Below are positions 1 to 7,059 of a stretch of DNA of 64,000 bases, one piece after another. A model generated the notes under the pieces. The model had not been told where the DNA came from. It worked only from the letters and a program-made list of their open reading frames with translations, and made no database searches. How positions within the stretch are numbered: the stretch's first letter is position 1; every line of letters starts with the position of its first letter. This stretch comes from a virus. A program made the translations under genes and the position numbers. The stretch lies in the IMG/VR virus record IMGVR_UViG_3300027872_000001; one strand, 5' to 3'.

Positions 1-114
1 GTCGTCCTCAAGCCAGAACCCGAACCCACTGGCCCCATATCGCTGAAGGGTCCGTTCGATTTCGTTTCGGGACTTCTCGCTTGAGACTTTGGTGTTGGAA
101 GCATAACGGGCCAT
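1..114 (-). CDS. hypothetical phage protein, N-terminal fragment (gene continues past left edge)
   Basis: Minus-strand ATG at 114..112 overlaps the TAA of the upstream gene (TAATG). Reads MARYASNTKVSSEKSRNEIERTLQRYGASGFGFWLEDD with no stop before position 1. Confidence 0.45.
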   Translation of the reverse strand, partial: MARYASNTKVSSEKSRNEIERTLQRYGASGFGFWLEDD

Positions 115-413
115 TACAGGTCCAGGTGTCTCAATACAGTTTCGTTCTGCACAAGGATCACGCGCAGCTTTTGAACGACGGTGACCAACTGAACGGCCAG
201 GGGGCTTTTACCGTGTACTTGTGTCGGCACAGGGGACAGTTCCTCTTTCTTTTCGATGGTAGGATTTCTCTCTCTGCTCACACCCTGGAGCCTCGTCTTG
301 AAGGACTCAGATTGCTTCTCCAAGAGGTTGGCTGACTCATCGAGTTCCTTTACGCAAGTCTCGATAGAACTGACTTCTACTGCTCCTGCTATGTCTGATT
401 CACTCAATCCCAT
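114..413 (-). CDS. hypothetical coiled-coil protein
   Basis: ORF 114..554 trimmed to the ATG at 413 (MGLSESD...), which is preceded by AAAGGAGTGGAT (SD + 6 nt). Confidence 0.5.
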   Translation of the reverse strand: MGLSESDIAGAVEVSSIETCVKELDESANLLEKQSESFKTRLQGVSRERNPTIEKKEELSPVPTQVHGKSPLAVQLVTVVQKLRVILVQNETVLRHLDL

Positions 414-589
414 ATCCACTCCTTTGAACGGTTTTGGCGTTATTCGGGGAGCCGCCGAACTCTCACCCCCGACGACTCCCCTACCTGTGAAGTCCCGGAC
501 ACACGGCCTGCGTGAACAAGAACCGTGGACAGACTCCACCAGGGATACTAGCACAGACGGGTGTGTATGTCGTTAAAAGAATTTAAGAG

Positions 590-664
590 GGGGATCATAC
601 GGGAATCGAACCCGTGTCACCTGATTGAGCGTCAGGTATCTTTGCCAGTTAGACCAGGACCCCC
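590..664 (-). tRNA. tRNA-like element with irregular acceptor and anticodon arms (anticodon unresolved; CUC by position)
   Basis: Minus strand has a canonical T-arm ACGGG-TTCGATT-CCCGT (plus 599..615) and a D-loop-like AACTGGCAA. The anticodon stem CCTGA/TCAGG carries the loop CGCTCAA, with G where U33 is expected. The acceptor pairs only with one mismatch or a 2-3 nt offset, and there is no clean encoded CCA. Confidence 0.45.
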
Positions 665-673
665 CATGAAAAT

Positions 674-738
674 AGTTGTCAATAAACCGACTCGAAGTTG
701 TCAATAAACCGACTTCAAGTTGTCAATTATAATTGACA
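674..738. repeat. three direct repeats (22-bp period) ending in an 18-bp perfect palindrome
   Basis: AGTTGTCAATAAACCGACT at 674 and 696, and AGTTGTCAAT at 718. The third copy merges into TGTCAATTATAATTGACA (721..738), which is its own reverse complement. Confidence 0.85.
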
Positions 739-739
739 G

Positions 740-1228
740 CTAGGGCGTTGTTCTCAAACCACTGACAAACTTCCCAACGACCTCATCCACCTGGGGCCCA
801 TTCTCTCGAATGATGAAAGTGAGCGTAGTGGTTGTCCTCGGTTTACCCGGAACATCGGGTAGCGGTTCCAGCCAGATCAGCTCAAGTTCATCCGAGAACG
901 CGCTTTCACCCCCGCTGCCATTCAAAGCTGTGATCCGATAGAAAGTGCTTTGCTCGAACACGACCGGACCTGGATCAGTCCAGGTGATGCAATCGGGTGT
1001 GCAGACGGTGAGCGGAGTATGAGGAACCGTCGCTACCTGGGTGAAGGCCACGCAGTTTGCTGGACTCGGATTCGGGTCCGTGCATGAGGTAGAGGAACTG
1101 TACGCTCCATACGTTACCGTCACCCCATCTGTATTCGCGTCCCAAAAGAGCGGTGCGGGGAAAGTGATTTGGTCCGCTTGCCCCAACGCTGGACAGATAA
1201 AGAAAAGCAGAAGGAATAGCTTTCTCAT
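740..1228 (-). CDS. secreted beta-rich protein (signal peptide; FN3/Ig-like, tentative)
   Basis: ORF track, 162 aa. N-terminus MRKLFLLLFFICPALGQA is signal-like. 4-nt overlap with the upstream gene. Confidence 0.6.
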   Translation of the reverse strand: MRKLFLLLFFICPALGQADQITFPAPLFWDANTDGVTVTYGAYSSSTSCTDPNPSPANCVAFTQVATVPHTPLTVCTPDCITWTDPGPVVFEQSTFYRITALNGSGGESAFSDELELIWLEPLPDVPGKPRTTTTLTFIIRENGPQVDEVVGKFVSGLRTTP

Positions 1229-1467
1229 ACGGTCCCTCCTGGGCCACCTGGACGAGTCTGCGTACCACCGGTGGTCGGTGTCGTCCGCTTCTCAATTTCC
1301 GACTTGATCACTTGAACCAGGCCCACAATGGCAGCACCAGCCGTACCGATGCCGAGCCAGAGCTCAGGGGATAGAAAGATCCCCGCAGCCGTGAGTATGG
1401 TTGCCAAACCCTGGTAAGTGCTTGGCTCCTTGAGCCTCGCTGCAATCCATTTCAGTAATCCTTCCAT
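1225..1467 (-). CDS. small membrane protein (holin-like, tentative)
   Basis: 80 aa with hydrophobic segments GLATILTAAGIFL and LGIGTAGAAIVGLV. SD AAAGGAGGTAAATC precedes the ATG. Confidence 0.55.
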   Translation of the reverse strand: MEGLLKWIAARLKEPSTYQGLATILTAAGIFLSPELWLGIGTAGAAIVGLVQVIKSEIEKRTTPTTGGTQTRPGGPGGTV

Positions 1468-1488
1468 GATTTACCTCCTTTTTGGTGG

Positions 1489-2508
1489 TTAATCTTTGTC
1501 TTCCTCTATTTTCCCTAGATCGTCAAGGTGTTTCTCGAAATCTGCCGCCGCTTTCTCGATGTGCTTGTCTATTTTTTCCCTCATTCCTTCAAGGACTCCC
1601 AATTTCTCAAGGGGAACTGAGGTCCGCTGCTTCACCCAGAGGTTCGTCGCAAAAGTTCTGTCCCGGATCCGGACCAGGATCTTTTCGGAGACCTCCGCGA
1701 TCTGTCCATTTAAATCCCCTCCAAGCAGCGTCAGGCACAACCCCATGTTCGATGCAGCCCACTGTGCACACTCTGAGGGAAGCACGTCGGCCCTCATCCA
1801 TTGGTGCAAGACGCAGATGGCCCGATCCTTGGCCTCCAGGTCCTGCGCCACGCCATCCAGGACCTTCAGGGATTCTTCCATGTGGGGAGTCTGGTCTTTG
1901 ATCGCCTTGGCGGTCTTATCGGCCTTCTCTTTACCTCCTCCAGTGGCTCCGTGCCAGACCTGTTCGGCAATGTTCGTCACGATCTCCACATCTGTTTTAT
2001 ATTTGTCGTTGGCCGTGTAGCAGACCACGCCGGCCAGCAGCCAGGCCAAGAAATCAGTGGCCGAATCGTAATCTTCCTTGTAGAGCCGGTTGGTGATGAA
2101 GAACAGCTGGATTCCGTACCTCTCCGTCTTCCACTCCCGGTGCAGCGTCATGAACCTTTCCATGGATTCAATTCCCAACTGAAGCGACTTGGGCTCCGCG
2201 CACAGGATCACGCACCGGTCCCCTATCATTCGCTGAAGGAGGTCTTCCGCAATCGGACCCCCCCCGGCCGTACTCATGATCGAGGCCAGGGCCTTCGTGG
2301 ATATGTCTTTTTTCGGAAGGGCGATCACTGGCGGTAGGCCTGTTACACGGTAGGACTTGGGCGGGTGAAGCATCAATTTGGATAATGCGCCTATGATCGC
2401 TGTGACAGGTAGGAAATCAATGATCAGAAGGAGCCAATGGTCCTTTGCATCCAGGAGCGCGAACATCTCATCCAGGTCGTCGCTTGGAAGGAGGTCTTTC
2501 AGGTTCAT
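1489..2508 (-). CDS. hypothetical protein (339 aa)
   Basis: Long uninterrupted ORF. The N-half has a Gly-rich STAGGGPIAEDL segment that might be Rossmann/SLOG-like (unverified). The start is preceded by the palindrome 2510..2525 rather than an SD. Confidence 0.65.
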   Translation of the reverse strand: MNLKDLLPSDDLDEMFALLDAKDHWLLLIIDFLPVTAIIGALSKLMLHPPKSYRVTGLPPVIALPKKDISTKALASIMSTAGGGPIAEDLLQRMIGDRCVILCAEPKSLQLGIESMERFMTLHREWKTERYGIQLFFITNRLYKEDYDSATDFLAWLLAGVVCYTANDKYKTDVEIVTNIAEQVWHGATGGGKEKADKTAKAIKDQTPHMEESLKVLDGVAQDLEAKDRAICVLHQWMRADVLPSECAQWAASNMGLCLTLLGGDLNGQIAEVSEKILVRIRDRTFATNLWVKQRTSVPLEKLGVLEGMREKIDKHIEKAAADFEKHLDDLGKIEEDKD

Positions 2509-2509
2509 G

Positions 2510-2525
2510 GTACAGGCGTCTGTAC
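2510..2525. promoter_or_regulatory. inverted repeat GTACAG-ACGC-CTGTAC, 1 nt upstream of a start codon (copy 1 of 3)
   Basis: Plus strand gtacaggcgtctgtac. An identical 16-mer is at 52457..52472 and a near copy at 27200..27215. Confidence 0.6.
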
Positions 2526-2529
2526 TGAA

Positions 2530-2808
2530 TTATACCTCGTCCTGACGATCGTCGAACCGATGGACGAGCGTATCAGACGAGATAGAGTCCTTGAGGTCCT
2601 TCGCCATTTCCTCCTCTGTGGTCCCATAAAACACCACAATATGCTTCAAATCCGTGAGTTCTCCGTGTTTGATGCCCCCCCCTGGCGATATCATTTCGTC
2701 CAGGTCGATCTTGATGGGTTTGCCTTCCTTGAGCAGTTCGACATTGCGCTCTGAGAGACCTATCCCAAGCATGTTACCGCTCTCGCTTTTCGCCAGGAAC
2801 TTAATCAT
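2530..2808 (-). CDS. hypothetical protein
   Basis: ORF 2530..2841 trimmed to the ATG at 2808, which forms an ATGA overlap with the stop of 2805..3152. Confidence 0.55.
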   Translation of the reverse strand: MIKFLAKSESGNMLGIGLSERNVELLKEGKPIKIDLDEMISPGGGIKHGELTDLKHIVVFYGTTEEEMAKDLKDSISSDTLVHRFDDRQDEV

Positions 2809-3152
2809 TTGGCCCTTCCTATCCCAGACTCCTCGGCCCACTTCCTACCCATTTCAAAGATCTCCTCATCGGATGGTAAGTCTTCAGCCGATTCCACTTT
2901 ACCGAATATGTAATGCTCGCAGTCAAACAGTTTGTGGACCCGGATCATGGCTTCCGTTCCGTAGTAGCCACAGTAGTACCCCAGGTTCCCTTTCTCGATG
3001 CGCTCCGCTTCCTCTCGGCTGTTGTCGAAATGCTTCATGCTTCTTTCGATGAGAGCTTCCAGATATTCCTTGGCCTTATCAGGATCGGTTATCTCCAGGG
3101 CAGGCTTGTAGCACTCTTCGGTTGTCATGTCTTTGGCTAAATTCATTGTCAA
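2805..3152 (-). CDS. hypothetical protein
   Basis: ORF track, 115 aa. 4-nt overlap with 3149..3376. Confidence 0.6.
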   Translation of the reverse strand: MTMNLAKDMTTEECYKPALEITDPDKAKEYLEALIERSMKHFDNSREEAERIEKGNLGYYCGYYGTEAMIRVHKLFDCEHYIFGKVESAEDLPSDEEIFEMGRKWAEESGIGRAK

Positions 3153-3376
3153 CCTACCTCTTTCTTCGTCTGTTCAACCTCGATCTTGTCTATCGCGGTC
3201 TCGATCCAGCGCAGAGTGAGTTTGTTCGCTCGAGCGACTCTTTTGTTGGCATACCGGAAGAGAGTCGTGTGGGATGGGCCTTCCTCGCCGTTGACGCGGT
3301 GCATTTCCCGGCACATCCTCTCCCAACTCCATTTGGTCCTTTTCTGTAGTCTGAGTAGCCTTCTCGTGATTTTCAT
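3149..3376 (-). CDS. small DNA-binding-like protein (HTH, tentative)
   Basis: 75 aa, basic, with SHTTLFRYANKRV as a helix-turn-helix-like segment. TIR is GAGAGGGATAGGGAATG. Confidence 0.55.
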   Translation of the reverse strand: MKITRRLLRLQKRTKWSWERMCREMHRVNGEEGPSHTTLFRYANKRVARANKLTLRWIETAIDKIEVEQTKKEVG

Positions 3377-3401
3377 TCCCTATCCCTCTCAGCTAAGCGG
3401 T

Positions 3402-3412
3402 CTAACATTCCC
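3402..3412 (-). promoter_or_regulatory. GGGGARTGTTAG motif copy
   Basis: Plus strand ctaacattccc. Its TAG is the stop codon of 3402..3710. 25 nt upstream of the ATG at 3376. Confidence 0.7.
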
Positions 3413-3710
3413 CTCTCCCCTTCGACTCAATCTGAATCCGGATCACTTCTACAGCGCACTTGGAGCAAGCGACGACAAGATACTCATTGCCGTACTCAAA
3501 GCTGACGGATAGCCCTTCGTAGTCGTGGCAGCGGGCATGAAGGAACAGAGGGCCAGCGTGTTTGTGATCGCAGCCAGGGGATTGACAGCCCTGGGCAGCG
3601 GCGTTCTCCAGATCTTCCAAATAAGCGACTTTCACCCGTGTATTCCCATTTTTACCAACCAGGGAAAGCCAGCTTTTACCCATATTTGCCAGCTTTCCCC
3701 GCACAAACAC
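3402..3710 (-). CDS. hypothetical Cys/His-rich protein
   Basis: ORF track, 102 aa, ending GEC* inside the motif. The start is uncertain (alternative Met10). Confidence 0.5.
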   Translation of the reverse strand: MFVRGKLANMGKSWLSLVGKNGNTRVKVAYLEDLENAAAQGCQSPGCDHKHAGPLFLHARCHDYEGLSVSFEYGNEYLVVACSKCAVEVIRIQIESKGRGEC

Positions 3711-3768
3711 CCATTTTTACCCATATATGCCAACAATCCGCCGATTATCACAATAAAGTGATATTCCC

Positions 3769-4026
3769 CTAGAACGGCGGGTCCGGTTCATCCGGTTCCT
3801 CCTCGTCGACAGCTGGCCCCCCCTCGTAAACGACAATCCCTTCATCCAGGCTGTCGGCTATCCGCTCCAGCTGCAGGATCTGTTCCACCATCAACTGAGT
3901 GAAAGAGTCTGGGCCATCCTTGTCTACCAAGAGAGTCAATCGTTCTTTCAATTCCATAGCTTCCTCCGGTTTAATTTTTGAACGCCTGACAAACTCATCA
4001 ACATACCGTTGAATGCCGAGCTTCAT
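3769..4026 (-). CDS. hypothetical protein
   Basis: ORF 3769..4077 trimmed to the ATG at 4026 (MKLGIQ...), an ATGA overlap with 4023..4241. Confidence 0.5.
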   Translation of the reverse strand: MKLGIQRYVDEFVRRSKIKPEEAMELKERLTLLVDKDGPDSFTQLMVEQILQLERIADSLDEGIVVYEGGPAVDEEEPDEPDPPF

Positions 4027-4241
4027 GGGTCGATCACTTCGAGCTTGTCCGGATCCCCCGTCATTGGGCGACCCCACCCGTCATAGTAACCTTCCTTGGT
4101 GAAAAAATACTCCGTCCCGTTGGCGCATTTGATCTTGTCCAGGTGCTTCCCCTCCGTCACTTCCACTGGCAACTCCAGCCGAATTTTCTTGCACTTCCCA
4201 TCCTCATAGACCACCACCAGGAACATTTCAAATATCCCCAA
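4023..4241 (-). CDS. hypothetical protein
   Basis: ORF track, 72 aa. Confidence 0.5.
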   Translation of the reverse strand: MGIFEMFLVVVYEDGKCKKIRLELPVEVTEGKHLDKIKCANGTEYFFTKEGYYDGWGRPMTGDPDKLEVIDP

Positions 4242-4356
4242 TCCGCATTTTAATATCCGATTTCGGTGTTTTAATATCAGGTGAAGGACACCAAATCCCC
4301 GCGCCCGAGAGAACCAGCAGAAGGAACCACAAGAGCAGAGTGATGTTGATTCTCAT
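4228..4356 (-). CDS. small hydrophobic protein
   Basis: ORF 4228..4410 trimmed to the ATG at 4356 (MRINITLLLWFLLLVLSGAG...), an ATGA overlap with 4353..4589. Confidence 0.4.
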   Translation of the reverse strand: MRINITLLLWFLLLVLSGAGIWCPSPDIKTPKSDIKMRIGDI

Positions 4357-4589
4357 TGCTTCTTGACTTTGGTTTCCATCGTGAACACTGGAACTGGCGT
4401 CCCATCCCACATCACAAAATACCCGTACCGACAGCCCAGGACCGGATCATCCAGCGGTCCCATGCTCCCCACGATCTTTCCTCGCTGGCCATCAGGGTGA
4501 CCGTCTTTCGGTTGAGAGTTTTGCTTCTCTACCAGCGTCCCGTTCGGCATGGCCCCCTCTGCTTCCTCGTTCGAAAATACGAAGCTCAT
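4353..4589 (-). CDS. hypothetical protein
   Basis: ORF 4353..4655 trimmed to the ATG at 4589 (MSFVFSNEE...), an ATGA overlap with 4586..4780. Confidence 0.5.
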   Translation of the reverse strand: MSFVFSNEEAEGAMPNGTLVEKQNSQPKDGHPDGQRGKIVGSMGPLDDPVLGCRYGYFVMWDGTPVPVFTMETKVKKQ

Positions 4590-4780
4590 TCGTGCGGTCC
4601 TGTCGGGTTCTCCCTCTGCTCGTTGGCCCACTTCAGAAATGCGACCATTTCGCATTCCGAAGGAATCCCCCCGGTGTGTTCGATCCAGTCTGCCAGCAAT
4701 TCATCCAGCATCCGGTGTAGATACTTGTGTCGCTTTTTGTGGGATTCCAGATCTGTGACAGGTAAGTATTCGTGTTCCAT
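4586..4780 (-). CDS. hypothetical protein
   Basis: ORF track, 64 aa. TIR is GGGATAGGGATG. Confidence 0.55.
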   Translation of the reverse strand: MEHEYLPVTDLESHKKRHKYLHRMLDELLADWIEHTGGIPSECEMVAFLKWANEQRENPTGPHE

Positions 4781-4801
4781 CCCTATCCCAATGTTTCCGC
4801 T

Positions 4802-4812
4802 CTAACATTCCC
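4802..4812 (-). promoter_or_regulatory. GGGGARTGTTAG motif copy
   Basis: Plus strand ctaacattccc, 21 nt upstream of the ATG at 4780. Confidence 0.7.
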
Positions 4813-4936
4813 TGAGTAGGTCCCTCACTGAATCGCCCCGGCCCCGCCCACATTGAGGGGTATGGTTGGGGTTTAACCCGCGCGAGGCCCAGGGCGAACT
4901 TAAATCATCTGCGCTGCGTATGCTAACAATCCCCAA

Positions 4937-5185
4937 TCAAGAAACGTACTTCAGTTCCTCGAACTGCTCGAAGATCGCCCTCGCTATCTTCTCAGGCAGC
5001 TTCGATCCGTTGTCCAAAGTGAATTTCTCATCATGCGAGATCGACTGGCCCTGCACCGCTGCACAGTAAGCCGACCACGCTCCCTCGATCCGCGTCCGCG
5101 CTACCACCATCACGTTCGGTCCCAAGCTGTACCTCGCTATCACTGGCTTAAATTCGGAGCCTGTAACTTCACTCGTTTCAACCAT
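4937..5185 (-). CDS. hypothetical protein
   Basis: ORF track, 82 aa. SD GAAAGGAGTGAAAGA precedes the ATG. Confidence 0.6.
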   Translation of the reverse strand: MVETSEVTGSEFKPVIARYSLGPNVMVVARTRIEGAWSAYCAAVQGQSISHDEKFTLDNGSKLPEKIARAIFEQFEELKYVS

Positions 5186-5215
5186 TCTTTCACTCCTTTC
5201 AGTTCCTCTCTCGTG

Positions 5216-5277
5216 CTAACATTTCCCCGGAAGCCTACTGCCTAACATTCCCCGCATGACAAACAACTAACATTCCC
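5216..5277 (-). promoter_or_regulatory. tandem array of 3 motif copies at the head of the leftward unit
   Basis: ctaacatttccc (5216, variant), ctaacattccc (5242) and ctaacattccc (5267), spaced 25-26 nt. No convincing gene lies upstream on this strand. Confidence 0.7.
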
Positions 5278-5607
5278 TTGATTAAATAACCGCCCTGGCC
5301 GATCCTTTCGGAACACCCCATTGTCAAAGACCAAGGAGCGATCCACGACCAGGGCGAAAAAGAGATGTTCTTATGACTCGCGCAGTTTCCCTTTCAGGCT
5401 CGGAGTCAAGCACACACCCCAGGAAGCGCAGAAAGAGGATAACACGTCCAGGTGTGTATGTGTAGGTCAAAGCGGAGAGAAAAAAAATAAAATTACTGAT
5501 ACGCGGTTACAGGGTAAGCATAGAGCATGGAGTTAGGGACTCCTGCTCCGCTGGAGGATTCCGAGGATTCGGACCCCTTCCTTACTCCCTTCCTTCCTTC
5601 TTTCTTC

Positions 5608-5675
5608 GGTCTGGTCTGGTCGGCCTGGTCTGGGTGGTGGTGGTCTGGTCTGGCTGGTCTGGTCTGGTGGACTGG
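5608..5675. repeat. imperfect GGTCT(G) pentamer/hexamer tandem tract
   Basis: ggtctggtctggtcggcctggtctgggtggtggtggtctggtctggctggtctggtctggtggactgg, preceded by a polypyrimidine run ccttccttccttctttcttc. Confidence 0.85.
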
Positions 5676-5820
5676 CCGATGGTGAGCCGCCGACAAATAT
5701 GCTCCCCGCGTCACCGGCCAGTCCGTTTCGTTTGAGCGTGAACCATCCTATACTATCCCCTTGCCTACTTCGAGTAAACGCTGTCACGGCCATCCTCGTC
5801 GCATCTATTCGTGAGATCGG

Positions 5821-5848
5821 TGTCCCGTAGACTCCTGACTACGGGACA
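5821..5848. other. perfect 10-bp-stem hairpin in the divergent control region
   Basis: tgtcccgtag (5821..5830) pairs with ctacgggaca (5839..5848). The loop is actcctga. Confidence 0.75.
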
Positions 5849-5955
5849 GGCCAATTCGAGGATTTGACCGCTGGTTCCACTGGCTTGTGGCCTGCACATT
5901 CTCAAGGGTTTGCGGGACACCATCGAGCGAAATCGAGCGGCCAGTCATTTGGACG

Positions 5956-5985
5956 TTGACCATGGTCATACGATCATGGTAATAT
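5956..5985 (+). promoter_or_regulatory. sigma70-like promoter for the rightward block
   Basis: TTGACC (5956..5961), 18 nt spacer, TAATAT (5980..5985), about 25 nt upstream of the ATG at 6010. Confidence 0.55.
5962..5981 (+). repeat. 20-nt repeat ATGGTCATACGATCATGGTA (copy 1; promoter spacer or operator)
   Basis: An identical 20-mer recurs at 10377..10396. It contains CATGGT-N8-CATGGT. Confidence 0.85.
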
Positions 5986-6009
5986 GAATATAAGAAAGGA
6001 TAGGGAAAT

Positions 6010-6192
6010 ATGAGAACACCAAAAGACCAGCAAGTTTCAACACTCCACACCGAGCGAATCACCAAGGCAATCAAAGCCGAGCCAGTCACTGAGGAGGAGA
6101 TTGATATCTTCGCTCAGTATGCTCCGCACCAAGTCGAGAGCCACTGGGATGCTATCGCCAATCACATCTACACCATGGGTTTAGGGGAATAG
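6010..6192 (+). CDS. hypothetical protein
   Basis: ORF track, 60 aa. TIR is AAGGATAGGGAAATATG. Confidence 0.6.
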   Translation: MRTPKDQQVSTLHTERITKAIKAEPVTEEEIDIFAQYAPHQVESHWDAIANHIYTMGLGE

Positions 6193-6269
6193 TTCCCCCC
6201 CCCTGGTTCGTGTTTTCCTCTACCTGGACACGGACCCGGCTGCAAGGTAGGGAGAAGGATAGGGAATCC

Positions 6270-6533
6270 ATGTTTGACGAAAGCCTAGACAAAGAAATCG
6301 CAACCAAGGAAGTCTACTCCGTGGGTGGGGTCAGATTGACGGTCGGGATTTACCAGTACAACGGAAGCACACCCAAGGTCCAGATCAAAAGAGAACGCAA
6401 CACCAAGAACGGTTCTTGGAAGTTTGCCAAGCTGGGCAGACTGACAGCCGACGAGGTGAGACAGGTCACCACTGGCTTACAGTGGGCAGCCGAAACGCTG
6501 GACACAATGGACGGAGAAGGGAGCCAAGTATGA
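6270..6533 (+). CDS. hypothetical protein (PC4/YdbC-like ssDNA-binding fold, tentative)
   Basis: ORF 6210..6533 trimmed to the ATG at 6270, after AAGGATAGGGAATCC. The pattern VRLTVGIYQYNGSTPKVQIKRE...GSWKFAKLGRLTADE resembles PC4-type proteins. Confidence 0.55.
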   Translation: MFDESLDKEIATKEVYSVGGVRLTVGIYQYNGSTPKVQIKRERNTKNGSWKFAKLGRLTADEVRQVTTGLQWAAETLDTMDGEGSQV

Positions 6534-6823
6534 AAAACCAGTACGCAGTTACACCGGCACAAATGAGGGAGAAGTTAGCTCCCATGTATCGGGATGCAAT
6601 GGCAGTTCAGGACGCGTGTAATCTTTCGGGAGTCGTTTCCTCGTTTGCTCGTCACATGCACACGCTATGCGAAATGGGATTCGATACGGACCAGAGGAAC
6701 CGGCATCCGGTTAGCATTCTCTTCTCCAGCAAGATCGCCAGTCTGACAGGGAGCGAGTCACTGACTGCATTCTCCGAAGCGTACGAACGTGCAACGGAAG
6801 TAAATGAAGGGAGCCAAGTATGA
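6530..6823 (+). CDS. hypothetical protein
   Basis: ORF 6416..6823 trimmed to the ATG at 6530 (ATGA overlap, junction cassette). Confidence 0.55.
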   Translation: MKNQYAVTPAQMREKLAPMYRDAMAVQDACNLSGVVSSFARHMHTLCEMGFDTDQRNRHPVSILFSSKIASLTGSESLTAFSEAYERATEVNEGSQV

Positions 6824-7059
6824 AAGCACCAGCAATCCAGTTTGCCAAGATCCCCAACAATATCATCGGTCATTTGTTCCTTTGGGTTTTACGTCGATGG
6901 TTAAACAGTGACCGCTACTCACTCGTGACCAGAGGAAGAAAACCCAGACGTGTTATCCGCTACTCCTATGACGTGCCAAAGGCGAACGCGCAACAGTTGG
7001 GAATCTACATCGTTGACCGATGGGAGAACAAGATGAGGATGGAAGGGAGCCGAGTATGA
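6820..7059 (+). CDS. hypothetical protein
   Basis: ORF track, 79 aa. ATGA overlap, junction cassette. Confidence 0.55.
   Translation: MKAPAIQFAKIPNNIIGHLFLWVLRRWLNSDRYSLVTRGRKPRRVIRYSYDVPKANAQQLGIYIVDRWENKMRMEGSRV

Larger units (their letters stand above)
6516..7059 (+). repeat. three copies of the gene-junction cassette GAAGGGAGCC(A/G)AGTATGA
   Basis: Copies at 6516..6533, 6806..6823 and 7042..7059. Each encodes the C-terminus EGS(Q/R)V* of one gene plus the SD and ATG of the next. Confidence 0.85.

Noticed and set aside
590-738. tRNA-like element plus repeats as a proven prophage attachment site
   Set aside because: There is no adjacent integrase, no second att copy in the window, and phage-like genes continue on both sides. 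It is kept only as a hypothesis.
5493-5793. Track ORFs 5493..5714 and 5533..5793 (minus) and 5321..5536 (plus) as genes
   Set aside because: They translate the GGTCT tract or polypyrimidine run into low-complexity Pro/Arg/Thr/Gly strings, and have no SD or conserved TIR.
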